From: an uncultured bacterium
GTDB lineage: Bacteria; Cyanobacteriota; Vampirovibrionia; Gastranaerophilales; Gastranaerophilaceae
Reading direction: 5' to 3'
NCBI GenBank assembly: GCA_902788345.1
Contig: CADAJP010000001.1
Location: 153,795 to 217,794 of the forward strand
DNA length: 64,000 nucleotides
Part shown: piece by piece, positions 27,627 to 35,844 of the stretch
Numbering within the stretch: the stretch's first letter is position 1
Layout of the letters: each line of letters opens with the position of its first letter
Notes under the pieces: generated by a model
Seen by the model: only the letters and a program-made list of their open reading frames with translations
The model's database searches: none
Told to the model about the DNA's origin: nothing
Position numbers and translations under genes: made by a program

Positions 27627-28499
27627 TTATTTGCAAAGAGGAAATCCCATTTCTTCTCTTTGTTCTACATATAACTTTGCAACTGCAGATGCCATTGTCC
27701 TTACTCTGCCTATAAAGTTATTACGTTCATCTTTGCTTATTACACCTCTTGCGTCAAGAAGGTTAAATGTGTGTGAGCATTTTAATACATAATCGTATGC
27801 AGGAAGTACAAGTTTAGAATTTACACAGTTATCAACTTCTTTTTGGTATAAATCAAAACTTTTGAATAAATCCTCAGCATTTGATACTTCGAAATTATAT
27901 TTTGATTGTTCCACTTCATTTTGGTGGTATATTTCACCATAAGTCAGCTTATTATTCCACATAATGTCGAATACTGACGATTTATTTTGGAGATACATAG
28001 CTATTCTTTCCAAGCCATATGTCAATTCCAATGCTACTGGTTTAATTTCTATTCCGCCAACCTGTTGAAAATATGTGAATTGAGTTACTTCCATTCCGTC
28101 AAGCCACACTTCCCAACCTACACCGGCTGCACCTAATGTTGGTGATTCCCAATTATCTTCAACAAATCTGACATCGTGCTCTTTTAAATCTATGCCCATA
28201 GCTTCAAGGCTTCTTAAGTAAAGCTCTTGCGCATCGTCAGGACAAGGTTTTAATATAACCTGAAATTGAAAATAATGTCCTAAACGATTAGGGTTTTCAC
28301 CATATCTTGCATCTGTTGGGCGTCTGCATGGTTCAATCATTGCTGTTGACCACGGCTCAGAGCCAAGTACACGCAAAAATGTTGCCGGATTCATTGTAGA
28401 TGCGCCTTTTTCAATGTCATAAGGCTGTTCTATTATACATCCGTAATCAGCCCAGAATTTTTGTAAGTTTAAAACTAAATTTTGAAAATTTAATGCCAT
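27627..28499 (-). CDS. glyQ: Glycine--tRNA ligase alpha subunit
   Basis: [17 protein letters not shown]...[14 protein letters not shown]...[12 protein letters not shown] prefer ATG 28499 over TTG 28511. Confidence 0.95.
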   Translation of the reverse strand: MALNFQNLVLNLQKFWADYGCIIEQPYDIEKGASTMNPATFLRVLGSEPWSTAMIEPCRRPTDARYGENPNRLGHYFQFQVILKPCPDDAQELYLRSLEAMGIDLKEHDVRFVEDNWESPTLGAAGVGWEVWLDGMEVTQFTYFQQVGGIEIKPVALELTYGLERIAMYLQNKSSVFDIMWNNKLTYGEIYHQNEVEQSKYNFEVSNAEDLFKSFDLYQKEVDNCVNSKLVLPAYDYVLKCSHTFNLLDARGVISKDERNNFIGRVRTMASAVAKLYVEQREEMGFPLCK

Positions 28500-28644
28500 A
28501 ACATATTCCAATATTGTAATGTGTACACTCGTTATTCTATAGTATTACCAAAACAGTGCAAATTCAAGCTTATAATAATAAATGTTAAGTATGGTAAAAC
28601 ATTGATTTTGCTTGTGTTAGAATTTATTTTAAAGGAGCTTTAAT

Positions 28645-29172
28645 ATGGCTGATAAAATTATTATTTTTTCGGGTAAACAATACTCAGGAAAAGATACTTT
28701 GGCAAAGATTATGCTAGAATTAATGCCTGATTTTCGCCGTTGCGCAATGGGGGATATAATCAAGTTAACTTATGGCAAAAAAAATAATTTATCCTATGAA
28801 GAAATAGAAAAAAATAAAGCACTATACAGACCTGATCTTATTGAACTTGGGAATTGGGGCAGAGCCCAGAATCCTGATTACTGGCTTAATAAAATTATTT
28901 CTCAAGAGGGTAATATTATGGTTACTGATGTAAGGGTTCAGCACGAATATGATGTTTTTAAGAGTGCCGGAGCCATATCAATAAGAGTGGAAGCTTCTCG
29001 TGATACAAGATTGTTAAGAGGCGGAAGTCTGTCAGGGGAAGATGATGTAACAGAAATTGGTCTTGATCATATAAAAAATTGGGATTTTATTGTAAATAAT
29101 GATTCAGATTATAAAAATTTAAGAGATAATGCAATAAAAATTGTTGAGAGTATAAAATCTAATATAAAATAA
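28645..29172 (+). CDS. P-loop kinase of the animal-type phosphomevalonate kinase (P-mevalo_kinase) family
   Basis: [14 protein letters not shown] aligns with human PMVK [14 protein letters not shown]. Further colinear matches include [16 protein letters not shown] / [19 protein letters not shown] and [14 protein letters not shown] / GLDNFGDFDWVIEN. The human sequence is recalled from memory. Confidence 0.6.
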   Translation: [175 protein letters not shown]

Positions 29173-29203
29173 ATATCCGCAAGTGTTTGAAATTTGCGGA
29201 TAT
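29173..29203. terminator. Hairpin between convergent genes
   Basis: ATATCCGCAAgtgtttgaaatTTGCGGATAT. Confidence 0.6.
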
Positions 29204-29230
29204 TATCTTATGGGTATTTATGAGTTATGA

Positions 29231-29779
29231 TTAGATAATTTTTGATAATGCATTTATATCATTATATTTTTGGTCAATAGCACCATCATTTCTGTCATGC
29301 TGTCTTATAATGTGGATTGCGCCGCCTACGACTGCCGCTAATCCGGCTGCAACTAACATGTATTTGCCTCGCTTTGCACTTGATGAGCTTGCAAATTTTT
29401 CAACTGCGTCAATTACTTTTGTTATAACTTTTTTACCTTTTTCGGTTTTACCGATTTTCTTTCCTGCTTTTGTAATCCATTCGCCTAATTTTGTTGTGAT
29501 TTTGCTTCCGATTTTTGTACTGTTAATTTTTTCAAGTGCTTTACCGCCATAAGTCGTTGCCAAATCAAGACCTTTTGTTACATATTTATCTGCAGCTTTA
29601 TACAATTTAACCATTTTTTTAGGGTTTGCTTTTGCGACTGTATTAACTGCATAAGCAGCACCCCCAGTTCCTGCAAGTGCAACGGCCGTCCCAAAATTGT
29701 TGGCAAATTTTTCCTGACTTTTAGCTTTGTTGTAATCGTAACGAGCACCTACATAACTTCCAAAATTTACACTAGACAT
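29231..29779 (-). CDS. Lys/Gly/Ala-rich hypothetical protein with one hydrophobic Gly/Ala segment
   Basis: 182 aa with no signal peptide. Contains KIGKTEKGKKVITKVIDAVEKF and LVAAGLAAVVGGAIHII. Promoter motif copy D lies upstream. Confidence 0.55.
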   Translation of the reverse strand: MSSVNFGSYVGARYDYNKAKSQEKFANNFGTAVALAGTGGAAYAVNTVAKANPKKMVKLYKAADKYVTKGLDLATTYGGKALEKINSTKIGSKITTKLGEWITKAGKKIGKTEKGKKVITKVIDAVEKFASSSSAKRGKYMLVAAGLAAVVGGAIHIIRQHDRNDGAIDQKYNDINALSKII

Positions 29780-29817
29780 AAAAACCTAACCTTTCTATAA
29801 AAAATACACTATCACTA

Positions 29818-29856
29818 CCTACATTATTAAAGTTATTTTTTTTTAATTTATTGCCA
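29818..29856 (-). promoter_or_regulatory. Copy D of the recurrent promoter-like motif
   Basis: Minus strand reads tgGCAATA-aattaaaaaaaaata-ACTTTAATAATGTAGG. Confidence 0.5.
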
Positions 29857-29935
29857 TTGTATTTCTTATTTTCTTAAAAAATTCTATTATTACTAAGTTT
29901 TAGCGCTTAATAAATCTTAATAATATTATACAAAA

Positions 29936-29963
29936 TTGATTAAGCAAAAATAATTGATATAAT
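29936..29963 (+). promoter_or_regulatory. Sigma-70-like promoter placed for a leaderless fliI transcript
   Basis: TTGATT (29936-41), 16 nt, then TATAAT (29958-63). Only 6 nt (taaaat) separate the -10 from ATG 29970, and there is no Shine-Dalgarno. Confidence 0.4.
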
Positions 29964-29969
29964 TAAAAT

Positions 29970-31319
29970 ATGAGTGCAGATATTGATAAATCTAATATTG
30001 AAGATTTAAAACATCGAGTTAGGCAAAAACTGAATGAAACGCAACTTCTTACATATAAAGGGTCTGTTTCAAAACTTTTGGGTTTGACTGTTGAGGTAAA
30101 ACTTCCGGGACTAAAAATCGGTGATTTATGTTTTATTGAAACTTATGACGGGAAACAAAAACCTGCAGAAGTTCAGGCTTTCAAGGGTGAGGTTGCTCAA
30201 CTGTCTTTATTGCTTGATGGCGGTGGTATCGGGCAGGGTAGTCTTGTTACATCGACAGGAAAGCCAATAATTATTCCTGTAGGTGATTTTTTATTAGGAA
30301 GACTGATTGATCCGATGGGTAATCCCATTGACGGAAGACCGCTTGACCTGACTGATGCATCATGGCGTGCTATTGAAGGGCCTCCTCCGGGTCCGTTTGA
30401 AAGACCAATTATTACTGAACAATTTTCAACAGGTGTCAGAGCAATTGACGGGTGCATGACAATGGGGTGCGGTCAACGTCTTGGTTTGTTTGCAGGGTCA
30501 GGAGTCGGTAAAAGTACTTTGTTGGGTATGATTGCAAGAAATTCTGATGCGGATGTAAACGTTGTTGCGTTAATTGGTGAACGTGGCAGAGAGGTTAAAG
30601 AATTTGTAGAAGATGCTCTTGGCCCTGAAGGTATGGCAAAATCTGTTTTAGTTTGTTCAACAGGTGATAAACCGCCGTTAATCAGACAAAAATGTCTTTT
30701 AACCGCAACTGCTGTTTGTGAATACTTTAGGGATCAGGGTAAAAAAGTTTTCTTAATGACTGATACTATAACTCGTTGTGCAATGGCAGGGCGTGAAGTC
30801 GGTTTATCATTAGGCGAGCCGCCGACAATGAAAGGGTATCCTCCGTCTATATTTTCCTGGCTGCAAAAAGCTTTAGAAAGGGCCGGAAACAGTGAAAAAG
30901 GCTCTATTACCGCTTTATACACCGTTCTTATGGAAGGGGATGATATAAACGATCCTATTGTTGATATTGTTCGTGGTATTGTTGATGGTCACATATTTTT
31001 ATCAAGAAAGGTTGCAGAATCCAATCATTATCCTGCTATTGATGTTTTGGGGAGTATTTCCCGTTTGATGAGTGCAATTGCATCTCCTGAACACAAAGAG
31101 GCTGCGGCAAAATTAAGGACAATAATGTCATTGTATCGTGAAAATAAGGATTTAATTGATGTTGGTATGTATCAGCCGGGGTCAAATCCTCGCCTTGATA
31201 CAGCTATTGAAATGATGCCGAAAATTAATGCATTTTTACAGCAAAGAACAAGTGAGAGTGTAACAATGGAAGGTACAATAAGTCAGCTTGTTGATATGAT
31301 GGAAGGAATTGAAATATAA
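29970..31319 (+). CDS. fliI: Flagellar/type III secretion ATPase (FliI/YscN family)
   Basis: Walker A LFAGSGVGKSTLLGMIAR, Walker B KVFLMTDTITR, and an F1-beta-like core (GYPPSIFS). Confidence 0.9.
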   Translation: MSADIDKSNIEDLKHRVRQKLNETQLLTYKGSVSKLLGLTVEVKLPGLKIGDLCFIETYDGKQKPAEVQAFKGEVAQLSLLLDGGGIGQGSLVTSTGKPIIIPVGDFLLGRLIDPMGNPIDGRPLDLTDASWRAIEGPPPGPFERPIITEQFSTGVRAIDGCMTMGCGQRLGLFAGSGVGKSTLLGMIARNSDADVNVVALIGERGREVKEFVEDALGPEGMAKSVLVCSTGDKPPLIRQKCLLTATAVCEYFRDQGKKVFLMTDTITRCAMAGREVGLSLGEPPTMKGYPPSIFSWLQKALERAGNSEKGSITALYTVLMEGDDINDPIVDIVRGIVDGHIFLSRKVAESNHYPAIDVLGSISRLMSAIASPEHKEAAAKLRTIMSLYRENKDLIDVGMYQPGSNPRLDTAIEMMPKINAFLQQRTSESVTMEGTISQLVDMMEGIEI

Positions 31320-32054
31320 CTATCTCAGGCGTAAAAAGGCTTCAATTTTTGCTTTAACCGAATTAGTTGCATAATCATCAATATCAATATAGAGTCCGTT
31401 ATATTTGTTTGCTAAATACTTTGCAAGTTGAGTTTTAGAACAAAAGGCCTGTGCATAGAATACTGTCGGAACTTCAGGTTCTGCATACATTTCAAGTTCA
31501 ATATCTGCCGGTACTCCTGCTTCAACACATCTTGTCCATCCGTACACATGTGTTTCATCAGGAAATAGTTTTAATACTTCCAAATCGTTTGGCGGAACAC
31601 CCCAAAAGCCGAATTTTGCTTTGCATTGAGTGTATTTTGTATCAATTATGTCTGTGTCTTTAACAATATTTGCCGTAATTGTTGTGATTTTGTCATAAAG
31701 CGGCATATTACTTGTTGAAATTTTTAAAGGTTTTCTGTATTCAAATGTTTCAAATATTGTTTCTTCCACATCAAACCCCATATCTTTAAGCAACTGAGCT
31801 GCAAACCAGCCGCTGTCACATTTATCCTTCCCAATCGGTGCAACAATTTTGATTAAATCATCTCTAAAATATATTGAATTATTAATTATTTGTTTAATAA
31901 TTTTGCAATAGCTTTCCGGCAGGATATTAAAGTCGGGTACTTTATCCGAAAAATCAAAATCCAAATCAAACCATTGAGCATCAGGATATTGCTGTTTTAT
32001 TCTTTTTATTGTCTGTGGGTGCGGATATCCCCAAAAACCGATTTTATTCTTCAT
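31320..32054 (-). CDS. Hypothetical protein with an internal duplication
   Basis: The N-terminal KNKIGFWGYPHPQ...YPDAQW is mirrored by KAKFGFWGVPPND...FPDETH at about residue 145. The stop codon abuts the fliI stop with a 0-nt gap. Confidence 0.5.
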   Translation of the reverse strand: MKNKIGFWGYPHPQTIKRIKQQYPDAQWFDLDFDFSDKVPDFNILPESYCKIIKQIINNSIYFRDDLIKIVAPIGKDKCDSGWFAAQLLKDMGFDVEETIFETFEYRKPLKISTSNMPLYDKITTITANIVKDTDIIDTKYTQCKAKFGFWGVPPNDLEVLKLFPDETHVYGWTRCVEAGVPADIELEMYAEPEVPTVFYAQAFCSKTQLAKYLANKYNGLYIDIDDYATNSVKAKIEAFLRLR

Positions 32055-32060
32055 TTTGGT

Positions 32061-32813
32061 TTATTCCATAATTTTATCCAAACCGTATGTAAAGTTATTG
32101 TTTTGGTATAAATATCTGGTCGCAAGTAAAACTCCGTCCATATAACATTTACGGTCATGTGAATCGTGTCTGATTGTTAGTGTCTGACCGTTTGCTCCGC
32201 ATATAACTTCCTGTGAAGCCATAAACCCTGGCATTCTGACTGAATGTATCTGAATATCAGAATAAGATGAACCCCCTCTTGCACCTGTTATTGTTTCGGT
32301 TTCAGGACAATTGCCTTCTTTAAAAGTATCTTTTTCATTAGACATCATTTGGGCCGTTTTGATTGCTGTTCCTGACGGTGCATCTTTTTTCTGATTATGA
32401 TGAAATTCAATTATTTCAGCGTTAGAAAAATATTTTGCGGCTATTTGTGCAAATTTCATCATTAAAACTGCACCTGTTGAGAAATTCGGAGCAATAAAAC
32501 AACCTGTATTATTTTTTTGTGCAAGCTCTTTTAGTTCTGCAATTTGCTCATCTTTTAAGCCTGTTGTCCCGATTACAATTTTAATATTGTTATTAAGGCA
32601 GTATTTTGCGTTTTCATAAATCGAAGCAGGTTGTGTAAAATCAATAAGAACATCTATTTGTGTGCTGTTTTTTGCCTGCTCAATATTCTTAAATGTATCT
32701 TCACCAAACAAATCTATTTTTGCACATAATTCCATATCATTGCTATTTAAAACGGCATTACAAACTTCTTTTCCCATTTTACCGTTTGCACCGCAAACTG
32801 CTACTTTTATCAT
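32061..32813 (-). CDS. dapB: 4-hydroxy-tetrahydrodipicolinate reductase
   Basis: MIKVAVCGANGKMGKEV and EFHHNQKKDAPSGTA. Confidence 0.95.
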   Translation of the reverse strand: MIKVAVCGANGKMGKEVCNAVLNSNDMELCAKIDLFGEDTFKNIEQAKNSTQIDVLIDFTQPASIYENAKYCLNNNIKIVIGTTGLKDEQIAELKELAQKNNTGCFIAPNFSTGAVLMMKFAQIAAKYFSNAEIIEFHHNQKKDAPSGTAIKTAQMMSNEKDTFKEGNCPETETITGARGGSSYSDIQIHSVRMPGFMASQEVICGANGQTLTIRHDSHDRKCYMDGVLLATRYLYQNNNFTYGLDKIME

Positions 32814-32841
32814 TTTTACTCCTTAATTTTGGATATTTGTC

Positions 32842-33381
32842 CTAGTATTCACCATCACTCATTATTGGGGCATCTTCTTCGTCTTTTAATGCTGACAAGT
32901 CATCGCTATATGCTGAATCAAAATCTTCAGGTAACATATCAGAATCCGGCCACTGTGTGTCTGCATCATATCTTGCAGATGCCAAATTTTCCGCAGCAGA
33001 AAGATCTGAATTTGATAAATCTGTTTCTGATAATATGCAGCCTGCCATATCTGCGCCTGTAAAAGTACAATAAGGCATTTGAGCATAACTGCAATCTGCA
33101 CCCGTTAACAATGAATCCGTAAAATCACATTCAACAACTGATGCTCTTGTAAAATCAACTGATGTTAAATCGGCATCCGTAAAATTTACCAACGACAAAT
33201 TACTGTCTGCAAATGAACTTGAATTTAAGTCAACATTGCTAAAATCAACTTCTTTCAATGTGATATTTGAAAAATCAACTTCACTTAAATCTACTTCTTC
33301 ATTATCTTTCTTCCATTCATTAAATTGTTCGGGACTTCTTTCCAATAAAGACATTAATTCATCTTTTGTATAATCCAGCAT
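32842..33381 (-). CDS. Pentapeptide-repeat protein with an acidic tail
   Basis: Tandem A(D/N)LxX repeats, e.g. VDFSNVDLNSSSFADSNLSLVNFTDADLTSVDFT. Confidence 0.85.
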   Translation of the reverse strand: MLDYTKDELMSLLERSPEQFNEWKKDNEEVDLSEVDFSNITLKEVDFSNVDLNSSSFADSNLSLVNFTDADLTSVDFTRASVVECDFTDSLLTGADCSYAQMPYCTFTGADMAGCILSETDLSNSDLSAAENLASARYDADTQWPDSDMLPEDFDSAYSDDLSALKDEEDAPIMSDGEY

Positions 33382-33399
33382 TTTTATCTCCTTAAAATG

Positions 33400-33627
33400 T
33401 TATAAATTCATTTGCATTGCCGTAAGAATTGCACGTGTTCTATTTTTAACGTTTAATTTTTTGAATATATTTGAAACATGGCTTTTTACGGTAAATTCTG
33501 TTACATACAGTTTATTTGCTATTTCTCTGTTTGTATAACCTTGCTTAATTAAGAGTAAAACATCTTTTTCCCTTTGAGTCAAGGGCAAGGTCGCATATTT
33601 TAATTGTTTCTCTTTATCTGTTTGCAT
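33400..33627 (-). CDS. Stand-alone LuxR/FixJ-type HTH protein (75 aa)
   Basis: LTQREKDVLLLIKQGYTNREIANKLYVTEFTVKSHVSNIFKKLNV. Confidence 0.8.
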   Translation of the reverse strand: MQTDKEKQLKYATLPLTQREKDVLLLIKQGYTNREIANKLYVTEFTVKSHVSNIFKKLNVKNRTRAILTAMQMNL

Positions 33628-33640
33628 AAAACTCCTAATT

Positions 33641-34288
33641 CTATACTATTTTGTTATTAATTGCTTTTAGCACTGCATTTAATCTGTCATCAACTTCCAA
33701 TTTTTGCAATATACTCGCAACATGAGCTTTTGTTGTATTGACACTTATGACAAGTTTTTTGGCTATTTCCATATTTGAGCATCCTTCTGTCATAAGCTTC
33801 AGTATCTGTGCTTCTCTTAATGTTAAATCATAATTTTTGTATTCACTGCTTAAGTCTTGTGCTTTTGAATTAGTGGTTGCTTGTAATACTATGTGTGCAA
33901 TACTCGGATCAAACCAAGCCGCACCTTCGGATACAGACTGCACAACCTGAACAAGTCTTTGCAGGTTTATTTCCTTTGAACAATATGCATTTGCACCGGC
34001 TTTTAAACTGCTCAAAACCTCTTTCTCATCATTGTGGGATGTTAAGATGATAATTTTAACATCTTTGTTTATGTTGCGAATTACATTTGTTGTTTCTATA
34101 CCATTCATTTTGGGCAAGCCTAGATCCATAATTATAATATTAATGGTGTTATTTTTGAATATTTCAACAGCTTCTTCACCTGTTGATGCTTCATAAATTG
34201 TGCCGACATATTCAACATCTTCAAACGTTGTTTTAAGCCCAAATCTTGTAAGCTCGTGGTCTTCTACAATTAAAAGGTTGTTTTTCAT
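33641..34288 (-). CDS. NarL/FixJ-family response regulator (receiver plus LuxR HTH)
   Basis: LLIVEDHELTR...IIIMDLGLPKMNG is the phospho-acceptor Asp context. The C-terminus is LTLREAQILKLMTEGCSNMEIAKKLVISVNTTKAHV. Confidence 0.9.
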   Translation of the reverse strand: MKNNLLIVEDHELTRFGLKTTFEDVEYVGTIYEASTGEEAVEIFKNNTINIIIMDLGLPKMNGIETTNVIRNINKDVKIIILTSHNDEKEVLSSLKAGANAYCSKEINLQRLVQVVQSVSEGAAWFDPSIAHIVLQATTNSKAQDLSSEYKNYDLTLREAQILKLMTEGCSNMEIAKKLVISVNTTKAHVASILQKLEVDDRLNAVLKAINNKIV

Positions 34289-35844
34289 ATCTGCAGTTCC
34301 TCTTTTGCCGGTGTGAAATCAGGATTTAGTTTCAAACTTTGTTCAAAATTTTCTTTTGCAGAAGCAAACAAACCTTTTTCTTTTAAAACTAATCCAAAAT
34401 AGTAATAATATCTGTAATCGCTTTCGTTGATGTGTTTTGCAATACCAAGATATGAAAGAGCCTGTTCAAACATATTTTTCTTAATCATAACTCTGGCTAA
34501 ATCAACCCAGCCATCTTCAAAATCAGGATTTATAGAAATTGATTTTTTAAGGTATTCTGTTTCTCTGTCAGGTTCAAGCAAAGCCATATTATAATATGCA
34601 AGATATGATTTTGATGAATCTTTCAGAATTTTTGAATATATTTCTTTTGCTTTGTTAATTTCTTTTAATTTCAGATATGTTTGTGCAAGTTTTAAAGAAG
34701 CCTCATAATCGTGTTCACGAGATTGAGCTTTTTTATAAAATTTTATGGCTTTTTGGTAATCTTTGTTCCTGTATGCAACATCACCTATAACAGTTAACGC
34801 TGCATAATTTGAGCCGTCAATATTAAGAGCTTTTTGAGCATAGTCCTGTGCTTTTTCAAATTCTTTAGTTTCAAAATATATTTGTGAAGAAAGTGCAAAA
34901 ACATCTTTATTTATATTCTTTTTTGTTGATACTGATGTTTGTAATACCCCAAGAGCCTTGTTATATTCATCTTTATCAAAATAATAATGAGCAAGATAAT
35001 ATTTTCTTATATAATCATTTTTGGCTGTTTTATACATAATATAATCAACAGATGAATGAATTTCATTGTTAAATATAACTGTTTTTAAATCAGCTTTAGA
35101 AAGCTCTTTGTGAATACTTAATGCTTCTTTTTGGTTTCCGTTTTGGGCATATATTTCAGCTTTAAGTTTTTTATAATTAAGATTTTTCGGATTTTTGGCC
35201 GCAGCTTTATTTATATACTCCAGAGCTGCTTTTGAATTTCCGTTTTTCATTGAACCAAGAGCGAGTATATAATTTGCGTAATCAGATTCCATCAGTAATG
35301 TTGATTGCTTTGATAATTCGCTCGTAGCCTCTTTACTTTGGTCGTTATACATAATATTTGAGTATAATTCCGCAAGATATAACTGGTCTTTTTGAGTTAA
35401 ATCTGAAGACGGGAAATAAAACTTTTTAACATCATCCTCAACGCTTGAACACAATGTAGAATCTTCAATTTTTGACATTGCAAGTTCTGCAAGATTAAAA
35501 AATCCAATAGATGCCATTTCCTGAACTAATCTCATATAAACATAATCATTCGGTGCGACACTGTCAATCAAAACTTTAAAATCAGCATATGAAGCTCTTA
35601 CGTTGCTTCTTGTAAATTTACTCATTGCAATTGCATACTGATTTTTTATTGCATTTTTGGTGAGTTTAGCTCGTTTTAGTTCAAATATCGGCATTGATAA
35701 TTCTTTATTATAATTTTTTGTTTTTTCATCAAGAGGGTTTACAGGAGCAATGTCATTAAGGTCAAACGCATATGCACCGCCGACTGAAGTCAGGGTAAGT
35801 AATAATATTATAAATTGTTTTATGTATATTTTATTCATTTCCAT
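34285..35844 (-). CDS. Secreted TPR-repeat protein
   Basis: Signal peptide IILLLTLTSVGGAYA, followed by many 34-aa TPR units (A..Y...A......Y..A...Y..AL..NP). Confidence 0.8.
   Translation of the reverse strand: MEMNKIYIKQFIILLLTLTSVGGAYAFDLNDIAPVNPLDEKTKNYNKELSMPIFELKRAKLTKNAIKNQYAIAMSKFTRSNVRASYADFKVLIDSVAPNDYVYMRLVQEMASIGFFNLAELAMSKIEDSTLCSSVEDDVKKFYFPSSDLTQKDQLYLAELYSNIMYNDQSKEATSELSKQSTLLMESDYANYILALGSMKNGNSKAALEYINKAAAKNPKNLNYKKLKAEIYAQNGNQKEALSIHKELSKADLKTVIFNNEIHSSVDYIMYKTAKNDYIRKYYLAHYYFDKDEYNKALGVLQTSVSTKKNINKDVFALSSQIYFETKEFEKAQDYAQKALNIDGSNYAALTVIGDVAYRNKDYQKAIKFYKKAQSREHDYEASLKLAQTYLKLKEINKAKEIYSKILKDSSKSYLAYYNMALLEPDRETEYLKKSISINPDFEDGWVDLARVMIKKNMFEQALSYLGIAKHINESDYRYYYYFGLVLKEKGLFASAKENFEQSLKLNPDFTPAKEELQI

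Noticed and set aside
28512-28644. T-box or riboswitch upstream of glyQ (likewise upstream of leuC, 21145..21300)
   Set aside because: The regions are too short or lack specifier, terminator and antiterminator-like helices and conserved T-box sequence. Nothing structured is visible.
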